The notes beneath the pieces were generated by a model. It saw only the letters and a list, made by a program, of their open reading frames with translations. It was not told the DNA's origin and searched no databases. A stretch of DNA of 64,000 nucleotides from Marsupella aquatica (taxonomy: Eukaryota; Plantae; Marchantiophyta): assembly GCA_973895155.1 (NCBI GenBank), contig OZ316898.1, positions 14,600,330 through 14,664,329 of the forward strand. The letters run 5' to 3'. Made by a program: the position numbers and the translations under genes. Positions 38,761 through 51,300 of this stretch are shown in pieces (position 1 is the first letter of the stretch; each line of letters begins with the position of its first letter).

Positions 38761-41700
38761 GGACCATAAGCTGTTGGCACATTTGCTAGGTTTCATGCAA
38801 ACCTCGGTCACTCTGTGTTCGTTTTGTTTCCTCTTTCTGGGATTTTAAGGTTTCCCTTTGCACACTTCTTTTGAGTTTGGTTTTTGTCCACTTTGGATCT
38901 CTTTTGTTTGTTCTTTTATACTCTGTTTGACCCTTTATGTAAAAAGTAGTGACACTCCAGTTTAATTTGTTGAAAAAGTTCACAAGTGCCCCCCTCGCCC
39001 CCACCCTTGTAAGCCACCCTTAGTGCTGTAACCTCTGAATTTAAAATTATATAGAAAGAAAGAGGATTTAACAACAAAAATTTATGAGCATGACACCCAA
39101 CAAACTCGCCAACAAATGTACTGCCTTGTATGTGGTACAATTCTGGGTAAGGATGAGGTCCATTAGCTGTGCCGGTAATCACACATCAAGATGGGGTAAT
39201 ATACAGTGTGCACTCACTGCATGATTTAAAGAAAATAATGAGGTTGATCATGGTATGCGTAGATGTCGTACACCATATACATCATATTATGATGTGCAAG
39301 GTTTGCGACCAGTCCATTAGATGTTAAACTTTTATAGACAGTGATTCTCTCTACTAGGACATATGAGGAAAACAAGCATGGTCTCACATCATTGGGTTCC
39401 AGATTTTGTAATTAAGGAGGAAGTTTGAAAATAATGCCTCCAGGGGTTATGGGATGTCATTATTGAGGGCCGTTATCTCCCTTGAGGGATTATTGCCCAT
39501 AATCTTCAATGAAAATTTCACAATGGGCCGTTTTGATAGTCAGATGCCCTTAATTGTTGTTGTTAGTAGTTGTGGTAAGGAGGATGTACATAGTCAGATA
39601 CCCTTAATTGTTTATGTGAGTAGTTGTGGTAGCTGCAATGCTAATTAACTACAAATTGATGATCTACCTTATAAAAAGGTGGGAAAATGCTAACCTCAAG
39701 TATGTAGGACCATCAGATCCATTTAAATATGAGTGTGTTATTCGAAGGAAACATCTCATTCCATGAATAGCAAAAACCCAGACTTCCAAACAATCATTCT
39801 ATAATTGCAACCAGCTGTTTAACTAGAGTTTCCAATTCGTTTCAAGGACATTGTTTATGCTTCCTTTATCACGTTTCTTGGCAATTGTTAGCCACATTAT
39901 ACTCCAAACTATGTTATGCACAAACTAATGGAAGCCTATCATTAAACATTGAGCTGGACAAACAGTGTTATCAAGACCAATTAGGGTGAACAGATGGGTG
40001 GTGTTGTGATGCAGTGGAGGGGCACTTGCCCAAGCAACAAGGCCACACAAACAGCCAAGAACCTTTGGCGGGAACTCGTCCACTTTGATTTTGGAACATC
40101 AAACATGCAAGTTTTTTATACTTCTTGGGAATAAATCAGTTTCATTTTCGAGAAATCTCCTCAATTATCGTAGATGGGTAAGAAGTATAGGGGATAGCTA
40201 GGGGCCACTTGTGTCTGGCCATCCTCTACCTTTCCCTCCAGGCAAGGAAAATCCGCCACGGAAGGCCTACATTTTCTACAATCCTTAGGCAATAAAAGGA
40301 AAGAAAAGTCCTTCCCAAGGAAAGTCATCCTGGTCAAGATTCTCCTCCACGTACACGTAGGTGAGTGGCCCTAGATCCTTGCACGCAGTTCAACCCCTCT
40401 AGCAGGAGGTAGTGCCAATTTATCTCTATAATAGGACAGGGGAGATTTATTCCCTCCCTTTCTGTCGATAGAAAGGTAAAGCCCTACCCGCCACTGAAGG
40501 ATCTTGACCAAATACTTCCCTAGGAAGGATTTCCCTACTACACCTAGGGACAGGTAGGGCACTGTACCTCCTCTTTCCAACCTATAAACCACAGTAATGC
40601 TATTTTTTTGGTTTCTGTTGCTGATTAAATATCCTCTTTAACTGTTGCATTTCATGACAGACGCATATGCTCATGCATGGTGTTGCTTCATTGGATAATT
40701 ATTTAAATTTTTCCTCAAAAAATGGTTGGTCATGCTATAGTGTCATTCCAGTTTGCCCAAACATGATCAATTATTAAAAAAATTGGACCTGACCGACAAA
40801 TTATTTTAGAGTGATTGCAAAACCCTCGAGAATTTTTGCAATTTTATTAGAGTAATAGAAATTTGAAGAACTTTCTAAGCATCTTGGTCTAAACACTGAC
40901 TTTCATGTAAATATTGTTTCAAAAATTAACAAACTAAAACAGGGGAATAACATTGCATCTTTTCCTCGAATAAAAATTATTTAATATATGTCACGCTTCC
41001 TGCCAAAATTGAGATGGTACTGTGGTACTTTGATGTAAGTAGGCCCCAATGGTATGGTCTGATTGTGTGAGATGTGGTATTCCTCAAGAAACAACACTGT
41101 TGGGGAGTTATCATGGTAGTGGAGAAAACAAATAATTATTAAAAATTCTATTTGGGGAATGAATTTTGGGCACCTTTCCTGGTGGCTAGAGAATCTTCTA
41201 AGTATATAGGTGTAAACATAGACCTATCAATATATATTAACTACCTTAAAGTGAAGAATGCATCGTGGAAAAACATTTTCAAATTTGCATGGCAATCTGG
41301 ATCAACACAAAATAAGGTTTCAAGCTATTGTATACCTCAAGCAAATCTGACAAAAGTAATATTTCAGGTTGGACCTAAGTACCTGCTAGGTATACTCACT
41401 TAAGAAAACATCAAAAGAGGGTTTTACGATACAAGGGTCATAGATGATGGAAGTGAGTGGGACACCTTTCGACAGAAAATTTTGAAGCTGCTATAATGGT
41501 GAATGCACATTTCAGATTTTGTCTTATTCAGATTTTTGTGTCATGTATTTTCATTTCAATCTGCCTTATCAAGGGGCAGCCTTTGTATTCTATATATTTT
41601 TAATTAATTTTAAGACCCCTTTAGTTTTAGGTATTCTAGAGTGTTTTGAACTTATTTTGGCAGCCCCCTTTCACAGGATGTGTTTTTTTAGAGATGAAAC

Positions 41701-42247
41701 CAATAGGCTCCACCACCACGAGTGAGAGAAATGATGCTGAAGAACATGAATGCCTCTTAAGTTCTCCTCATGTTTTTCTTTCCTAGGTTTATGGTTTTTA
41801 TTGAAAGGAGTGTCATTCATAAGGCACCCTGAGTTAATTGCACACATCGTAGCATCGTTTGACTGTACCTTTTCTTGGTCACTGTGCTTTTCTTGGCAGA
41901 CACTTTACTTATATAACAGCACTTCTATGCTCTCATATTTTATTTACTTTCAGATCACTACAAGACAAACAAATAAAGCATGTTCCAGGATGAGCATGCT
42001 ATATGGCCAATACACCTTTCAGTATTTTGTCTTATTAGAGTTTTCTGTCATGTATTTATATTTACTGGCCAACAACAAGGTGCAACAATTGCATTTGTAG
42101 ATTCTAAATTATTTTGGCATCTCTCGTAATGTTTTCAATCTTACAGTTATCCTAGAGCTCTCATTTCCCACTCCATTCAGAGTTCAATACAGTGCATCCA
42201 AACCTTTAGTAAATTTTATAGAATTTTTGCAAATGGAGAAAATGATG

Positions 42248-42627
42248 AACTTAAAGCCCTCATGGACACACACGTTTGGAAGAAAGCCCATGGACACACA
42301 CAACCCAGATAGACACAACCCAAACCTCATTTTTTGCTTGTGTAACACGCTTTTTGATGGTAATCCCAAAGTGACCTGTAAGGAGGTATGTGACCGGGAC
42401 CAGTCGATATTTGGTTGATTCTTCTGGTAGTCCATCCACTGATTCCTCCGGGCTGCAAGGATGTGCTGACCGTGTAACTCAACTAGTCTAAAGCAAGGTT
42501 TTCTTCTGTTAATGACAGACGGTAATCCGTTTGTTAGGTGCAATTGGAGATTCTTCTTACAGTGTCACATGATTGTGTCCATCTAAGTCGTCCCAACAAA
42601 TGTGTGTGTCCATGAGGGCTTTAAGTT
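42248..42627. mobile_element. MITE (~380 bp, Tourist/PIF-like)
   Basis: 31-bp terminal inverted repeat aacttaaagccctcatggacacacac(g/a)tttg at 42248-42278 and 42597-42627 (30/31 match), TTAA at both ends, non-coding interior. Confidence 0.7.
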
Positions 42628-45360
42628 TGGAGAATGATCCTATCTCTTCAAGTGAATGAGAGAGGTATAATACTTGGAAACATGGACACCTCCTCTTTCA
42701 AGTTCTCCTCATACTTTTGTTTCCTAGGTTCATTGTTTATATTGTCATTACCAAAGGCAAGTGATGATCTTCTCTACCTCTTATGTGTGAGATATATGTT
42801 TGATGCCCCTAGTGAAACATGTTTACCTCATGGACCCCTAGGAAACATACTTACCTAATAGGCCTCCTGTCACAATTTTCTGTCAGATGTTCTTCTAACA
42901 AGCACTATAACCAATTTTTGCTTCATGGAGTGACCACTATGCTTCCCAGAAACACTGTGGTCAACCATGACTGTAAGGCAAACTGCATTTTTGGACCGTG
43001 CGGCCAACCCTGTATGGTCAAACAAAAAGGTGGAACCACGTGATTAGGGAGAACGCAAAAGTGGCCGCAGGTGCCCAAACTGCAATTTGAAGACAATATG
43101 AATTATATCTTTGGATTCAAATTTTTACCGTATCTTGATTAGGTTCTCAATTAGGTTTGCTTTCATGTGCTCCACATGGGGTTTTCACGATGGTTTTACC
43201 TGCAAACTGTCAGTGCGGAGTACCTCAGACCTGTGCAGTCGCTCTCTTCCACAGAAATTCCCTATGTGGTCGCTCTCATTCACTTCCTCTGGCACTTTTT
43301 CTGTCACTGGCCAATGGGAATGCCCCCACTACTGCCAAAAAAATGTTCGACAAATGATCAACCACAATGTTGAGGCTCCCCCGCGCAACGCAAAATAGAA
43401 AAGCATGAAGAATGATAGGGAGACCCAAAGGTGTCTGGGTACCATTGACTACCCTAAACCCTTGAAACAAATGAAGACTTAATTCATTTTGTCTTCTCCG
43501 GTGGTACATTGCATTGTTGCCCATTTTGATGAGCTGCGGAATACTACAGTGACGAGCGTGGTGGACTGGGCTCAGTAGATTGTGGCAACAAGCGTGACAG
43601 GTGGACAGGGCTGTGGAATGCAGTGTACTATGAGGCACTGGCTGTGGTCGACTATACACAGTAGGCACCACACAAGAACAAGATGTACGGGTCATTCAGA
43701 GGGGTCCTACTTGATGAAAAATATTGTGGGGGATCCCATCAGGTAAGAAAGTTTCACCAGGGGGCCCATCAAGCATATACCTCATGTGCACAACTTTTGA
43801 CTAATTTGATTGTCATCAGGGCAAGTGAGAATCTGTTCCTTATGTGCACAACTTTTTAAGACTTGTGCACTTCTACTTTCTTCTTCATCATGTAAAATGT
43901 ATTTTTTTAGCCATGTGCTGTACTTTTACCTTTGTATTTATCCCACTCAATCTATCAAATACTAGCAATAGCCATCTATACATCACTACAAGACAAACAA
44001 AAAAATGAAACATGTTCCATGATGAACATGCTTGGGAGAGCTTGTAGGGTGGGTCTACTATTTACTTAGGCAAATGAGCAGTGAACTATGAGCAAGGCCC
44101 CTTGTTTATAGTGGAGCTACAGTGATTGTAGTTTATACTTGTGGAGATGTAATTTTTTCTAATACTCTGGTGCAGCCAATAGTTAGAGGCCCATGTTGGG
44201 GAATGGGATGTTGTGCATGATACTTTTCCACCCTACGTACTATAGTACCTGCTGTTTTTTTACCTACAGTACCAATTCTTCTCAAATTTAGGTGAAATCT
44301 TCCACCAAAATTTATAAATCAGTAAAAACTTTAGGTGAAAGCTTGCAACTTGTATGGATTTTTGGCTCTTTGGTCGTGGTCGTGTTTGTCCTTTCGGGAC
44401 CTCTTTTCCTTTTTGTTCCATTTTTCTTTGTTTCACACTTTTGTGTAAATTGGCTCTCTATACTAACCTTCTTCAGGTTTTTCCCATGGTTTGTACCCCG
44501 GTTTGAGCTGTCGGACAACTTGTCATGTTGTCGGACACGACAACCTTGTACCCTTTATTGGGTCACCTGCCATTAGGATCTTGTCAGCTGAGCTTTTTGT
44601 TCTTAGAGAGTACTCTATATGAAAGCATGCAACTTGTGATCTCACTTTAGGACATAACTACGGAACAAATGCGCGACCTTCTACCAATCTCTAGGGAACT
44701 AGTGGAAAGTCCATTCCAAAATGGGTTCCAAAATTCCTGGCTTATACTTTGTGTCACATCAGCAATTTCCGCCACAAACACAAATGACTATGTTTGCGTC
44801 AACAAATAAACATGACCCTTTACATTTGCGTAATGCCAGCAGAAATCAAATAGACCCAGGAATGGTAAAGACTTCTGAAATTTGAAAATTTACATTCAAT
44901 AAAGAGTGGAGGAAAAACATAACATCTTGTTCAAAAAGCCAATAAAACTAACAAGATGTCCAATACTTTGGACATTTGCCAATTTGAATAACTAAGTTAG
45001 TTTTATTCAAAAAGCAAATGACTATGTCCAAAGTCTACAAGGGAAATTTTGTGGGACCAGCTGCCTAATATTTACGTATAATATTTGATAGTGATATGTG
45101 TTCCCTTTATTTTTCTTTGTTTCATTGCACTAGGAGCTAGAGAAGGAAAGATTAAAAACTCACTGGCAAGACCTGTTACTAATTAATGTCATCCTGGATT
45201 GTGCAAAAATAAATGAGCATAAAAAATTTGTACCCAACTAACAAAATAGTTTAGAGTGCTAAATATGGGAATTTAAGAATGTTATGAGTGTTATGATGTA
45301 AATGCTGACTTTGAAGCGTATGCAACATTTTTAAATTAAGAAGTGACAAGATAGGAGAAC

Positions 45361-45570
45361 ATGTGTAAGCTTTCAACAGCATTTCCCAGATGCATGTTTC
45401 CATCCATCGCCAATGATATCCATATGATGGGACCGACATCGACTTTGAGGGATGCGCATATCCATTTCGTTGACCAGCTTTCTCTGCTTGCCTTTCAGTT
45501 CACCCCCAGCAAGTGTGGGGTTTGGTCTCCGCATCCTCTCCCTGTCTTGTTCTCCCCTCCCCTCAGTATT
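45361..45570 (+). mobile_element. Non-LTR retrotransposon RT fragment (CRE-like)
   Basis: AFPRCMFPSIANDIHMMGP..HFVDQL..FTPSKCGVWSP corresponds to the FPSxADDxHIxGP..L...PxKCxxWSP RT core, with the catalytic DD degraded to ND. Confidence 0.55.
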
Positions 45571-46799
45571 CCCGTTTGGGTCAAGGTTTGGATTGGGCAC
45601 ATGTGGATCTCGGGGGCCTTTGTATGTGAGTTTTGGCAGGGAGCATTATCTCAAGTAAAACAAGTGAACTTGGCCTGTGCAGGCTACCAGGTATAAGTAA
45701 AGCAGAGTCCTGTGAAGAAGGGCCAACCCTGCAAGGTATGCACTATACTAAAGATGTATGGGAAATAGTTTATGCACTTTCCCATATGTGCTGTTAGGTC
45801 ACACACATCGGACTCCTAGATAAGTGCATAAAATTGCTGCCCATTGTGTTAAATGCCCTAGTACTCTAGTTATGTGTATACAATGTATACAAGTTCTAAG
45901 AGTGACTTCGTATTGTGCTGCGGTTGCACAGCAAACTGTGCATAATTTGACAATGTGGTGTTAGTCGATCACATTTGGCAACGCGGTCAAAGATCCAACA
46001 ACCATCAAACACCATGTGTGCATTTGACACTGCGGTGGTAGTTGATTGCATTTGGCAACTCTGTCGAATGTCTAACAACCATAGAACATCATACATTTTA
46101 CAATGACTTTCTCAGGTTGTGAATACTGCCAATAGTGTTATAAGTAGAGCTGACACTAAATGGTATGTCTGGTGGACCCTGAGGTGCATTGACCAACAAG
46201 AGAAAAGTTTTGTTTGGAGGTCCACTAATTATATTTCTCCAAGAACTGACATTCCCAAACTCAATTTAATTGCGCAAGTACTACTCTGCTAATGTGAAAT
46301 AACGACTGAAATAACAGAAATCGGGAGGAGGGGTTGTCATCCAAAGGTGGGTGGGACCTACGATAGTAAGGTGCCCTTTCGAAACAGCAGCTTTATTCTT
46401 TCCTCTTTCTCAAAGCATGTTTCTGACTCATCAGTAATAAAGTTACAGCAACCCACTCCCCACTCCCCACTCCCTCTCCAGACCCGAGTAATAAAGGTCG
46501 CCTGAAAGTGGGCAGAATTTGGAGTTACACGACGTTGTGAGAGCACCTACAGTACCTTTCTGTGCAAACACAGTTATCTCTCGCAGGCGTTTGAGATCGT
46601 GGACGCTTCGCACGGTCGATTGAATCCCAGTTAGTGCTCTATAAGCATATTTACGATGTCTGTTTTCGGGACAGAGATCTTGGCGATGACAACTCCTGAA
46701 AATATCCGTGACAAAGATATCATATTCTATGGCTACTATGGAAATGGAAATTGGGCCCCACAGAGCATAATCCCGTAGACATGTAAAGTGGCCTAAACC

Positions 46800-47700
46800 T
46801 AACATCACTTTTCCCTGTTCTAAAAACGTCCATGATTGTGTTCAGGGGCTGCCACTTGGAGGACCGGTGGAGCAGAAGGAGCAATGGCCTTACACGTTAT
46901 GGGCGAGATAAATTCCCAGATGGAGGACACAATAATCTGGAAAGAGTCAGACAATCGAAGTGCTACGATTGTGAATAGGGTGCCGGAAAAGAAAATCACC
47001 TTTAGAAATGTGCAAGAATATATGGTGAGAGTCAAATCGAGTCCAAATGGCATTTCTGAGGCTCTTGGAGTTTCTTTCAGGCACTGTCAGTTGAATTCCA
47101 ATGTTGGTTTGGTAGCTGTGGAAGTCTTTATGGGGTAATGGAAAAGCAAGCGACGACCGAAAAGATGCTTGGTGCTTTAAAGTTGCCGTAGCTGCAATTT
47201 TTCCAACATGTGGAGTTTGCTAGATCTGTGATCTAGGTAGTAAGATAATAGCAGGTGTTAGCTAGGGGTATCATCCTTGCATATCTTGCTTCCTGTTGTG
47301 ACATGATTCGGCCAATGCATTGAAATGAGTTTACTGGTGTTTGCCATGCCTTACGATGCGAGTCAGCTACTTCTGACCGGGATCACTTTGTTGGTTGTTG
47401 CCAACCTCTAGGCTCAGGGGATGGCTGTAGTTTACCTCAATCTACTCGGAAGGGAACAGAAGCTCAGCTCATCATGTCAAGCATCTAGCCCAAGATTGTC
47501 ATTTGGAGGTAAACTTAGCGAAATTTGTGGGCTTGGGTGGTTTGGGGAAATGTGGGCCCGCATTGTCGTCATTGCACCTGATCAAACAGATAATCTTTTT
47601 TCTTTCGATCTCTAGAAGTGTGAACCACCATTTCGAAGTCCTCAAAGATATACAGAAACAGAGCGAGCTTCATAAGCATACCGAACCATGGCAGCTTTGA
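46800..47700 (+). mobile_element. Degenerate L1-type LINE 3' remnant
   Basis: Broken frames contain W.LWKSLWG..FPTCG..C.IC segments resembling the zf-RVT region of plant L1 elements; many stops. Confidence 0.3.
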
Positions 47701-48352
47701 TGTGGAGGTCCTCGTCTGATGCTTACTGAGGCCTTTCCCTATAGTAGTAAAAATCTGCTCTTTTACAAAGTGATGATGCATATGGAACGAAACCGACTCA
47801 CTAACAAGAGAAGCCTCCGAGACAACCTGACGTAAACTTACCCCAATAGTACGAGAATTGACTGAGCTGCAACGGCTGCATTCAATTTATCAACACAAAA
47901 TTCCATTTTTACGACTCAGATGCATGATTTTGGCAACAAATGCAGTGTGGCCGCCTTGGAGTGTGAGTCGATATTGTGGTTATGTATTATGCTTTATTGT
48001 TCAGCAAACATGTACTTGAGTGTAGTCAGGCACGAAACTAAACCTCATTGCTACGCTAATCATCCAAACGCAAGGAAAACTCGCAATTTCCGTAAAGTTC
48101 TGACCTCAGAAACCTGTGCAAATCCTAGTCCTTAAGTTTAGTGATAGCAGTGCACACAATGTTTTGCTGCTACTTCAATAGTACGCGTCTTCGAAAGATT
48201 CAACAACCGGTACCTCCAAATGGCAATCGAGCCACCAATAAGTAGCTAGCAAATAATCATCGATGAGTGCCTTCTCGTAGTATAATTATACCACATTAAA
48301 ACATGCAATACTCATCCAGTGTTCTTCTGCATCAATAAATAATCACTCACTT

Positions 48353-51300
48353 TCAGCTATGTGAATTTATCTGGACCTTCCAGCCTCTACAACTAGCATG
48401 TACTCTTGCAAGAATTGCCATGTAGTCTCCTGACCTGCACTCCATGGATAAAACGCATGTTAACTACACACGGTAGAAAGCTTTTTCAAGTCAGTCAACC
48501 CACATAACTACAGTTTTTGTGCGTTCGGCCAAGAGAAAAGAAATTGGTACCTGGTTCCGTAGACACTATGCACAGCAGCAAGAATAGCATCCTTGGCAGC
48601 ATCTTGGCGTTTCTAGAAACAAATAAAACTACGATTTCAGTGAGCCCTGTGGCAACTTATGCAATATAACAACTATCTGCTTATCACATCTCTACGGCTA
48701 ATCACCCGTCCCACTGGGCCATTTCAGTGATGTAAACAAGCGATCATTTCCTTTCGTATGTCCCTATACTACATAGTAAGTCTCTTAAACCTGTTGCTAT
48801 CTAAGCTTAAATAAACCGTCAAAGCTTGACAAGAGGACATTGTTAGCTTCCTAACAGTAGTTTACTTTGCAAACGCACACCATAACAGAGATGATACAAA
48901 CAGCAAAAAAGAGGAGACAAATAAACCATCATTATTATCCACATTCAAGCGTCTGAATCAGTACATAATAAACGTGGTTCACAATCATTTGTCATTGTCC
49001 GCAAAATGACAATGTGAAGCCCACAATAGAACGTAATAATGGGAACAATAGTTCCAGAAACCATTGCTAAAAATTAGAACTCAAATGTTAAAAGAAGTTC
49101 CCTAAACACCCAACCCATCAAATACAAAGGTTTCAGGCAACCTTCAAGAGTGGGACGAATTCACATTCACGAGGTCTTGTAACGTACATGTGCCTCATGG
49201 TAAAGTCCGGCATACAAGTTCGCGTAGAAGTAATCAGCTCCCTCGGTGGAATCCACTGCTTGTAGGAGCTGTGCAGCAACCGATGGGTTACAATGCAGAG
49301 ATAGGAACCAGAGTAGAGGGTGCAGCAACTTTCTTGAACAGAGTCTGTAGTAAGTGTCCTGAAAGAAATCATTCAAGGACCGGACAAAGACACGACCGAT
49401 AATGTGAAGAACGATAGAAGTACTTTTTCCGTGGATCCCCGGTCTCTGAAAAGGTTGTATATCTCTTTCATGATCGGCCTCCTGTCTGGACCAACCTGCA
49501 AACAGTCAAAATTGGTTTCTGATATTAACACACTCTGCTCCATGTGAGGTACTTCCCCGGTACTTCAAGGCAAATAAACTCCTAAAATATAACAATCTGG
49601 CCGGACGAGAAGAAACAACAGAAACAACAGAAACAACAGAAACAACAGAGAAAGGCAAGGGCCCTGTTGTCATCCCTTTGGACCCTAGCGTTTCTAATGC
49701 AAACAATAATTCCTAGATAGACGATTCTCATCCTCCTTTCTAATTAGGCACAAACTACAAAGCACAAGCTGTCACCCATAAGCATACCGCCAGAAAGCAC
49801 CGTCGGGCTTGATCAACACCTAGATATTGTGCCTCACACAAAAAACACCATATGGCCTGCGGAAAACATTCAAGATGTACTGTAAGTATCCTACGAAGAG
49901 AAACGGTACTCAAATTCTCGACTTAACTTTTCTCAACGTAGGATTATTCCTTGGTCAAGATCTGCGTTCAAATGCTCACAGACTAGTGGGCTTCGTAAAC
50001 GTCAGTCGTGTTGAGTTTTCTCAGTTAAACATCCAAAACGTCTCCCATTCAATGCTAGAAGTACGATTTTATTTTTATCTATTTGCAACTTTGAAACTTA
50101 CTCCTTTTAACTCATGAGAGGTTACAAAAATTCACATCATGCAGTGAGGAGTCTGGTGGTACAACGATGTTCTAGCCCTTTGAAAACTTCTCAAGGGCTA
50201 ATTATTTCCATACACGCGTGTTCCAATTGTGAGTAGTCCACACCAAAGGAAAGTAATACATCTGTCGGATGAGTTAATCGCTTTTACTGCAAAAGGATAT
50301 CAACTAGGTCTCGCCGAGACAAGAGCGTGATGCCTGCAAGACACCAGCAACTTATAGCTGACAGTAAATAAATGGAGTGTAATGTTTGGAAACCCTCTAA
50401 CCCTAATCTGACTGGTATTGATGATCCAGTTCAAGAAGTGCTGATACTCTGTTCAGACAAGTCCAAGGAATCCTTGTCGAAAACTCGTTTTCCAGCCCTC
50501 CAGGTAAGGCATATAGGCTCAGTGCCGATTTGAGATCCTTTTATATTTTCATGTCTGCTGCTCCTGGACAAGGGTCAGTGTAAGTCGCTTTTGAGTGGCT
50601 GCCAAGCTCCTGGGAGAGAAAGATTTCCATGGAGGAAGACTAGCTCTCCTTCTCAATGTTTAATCTTTCAGATGGAAAAAAAATATGACTTGTTCTGTGA
50701 GGAACGCAGTCGCACTGTCAATTTCCTTCATGCCACATTTGTACATGGCTTGATCCATTTCTAGAGCATCCGTACCAGTGCCTAAAACGAATTCTCTGCC
50801 CTCTTCCCACTTGCAAAATGGAAGGACCTCGCTAAGAGAGCGGATAAAAGCCTTGACTCAAAATTGCACACCTGAGACCACAAAAAGACAGCGGCCCTTT
50901 GAAAACGTCCAATGGCATATGTTCCAATTGTGAATTCTACCATACGAAAAGGAAGGAATACAGATTGATTACACATCCTTACCTCTTCAGTGTCATTGGG
51001 ATTGACCGCCACGTCATCCCTGAACTGCTTTGCACCCTCCTCAAACCTGCCCAATAAGACCACGACTCCGCCTTAAAATCCTTGTCAGCAATTGGATTTC
51101 AGTCGACACATTCTTAACGTCGCCTCAACAACATTCAAAGAAAGCTTCAAGATCATCTAAGTAGGAAAACTCAAAGCGCATTAATTACCAGCAATGGACA
51201 GTAGCAAGTAGAAGGCCAAACTAAATAAGTACCTGTCGACGTAATACAAGGAGAGCCCTCGCTGCCACAGATCTGGAAGCAAGGAACAACACAAACTGGT

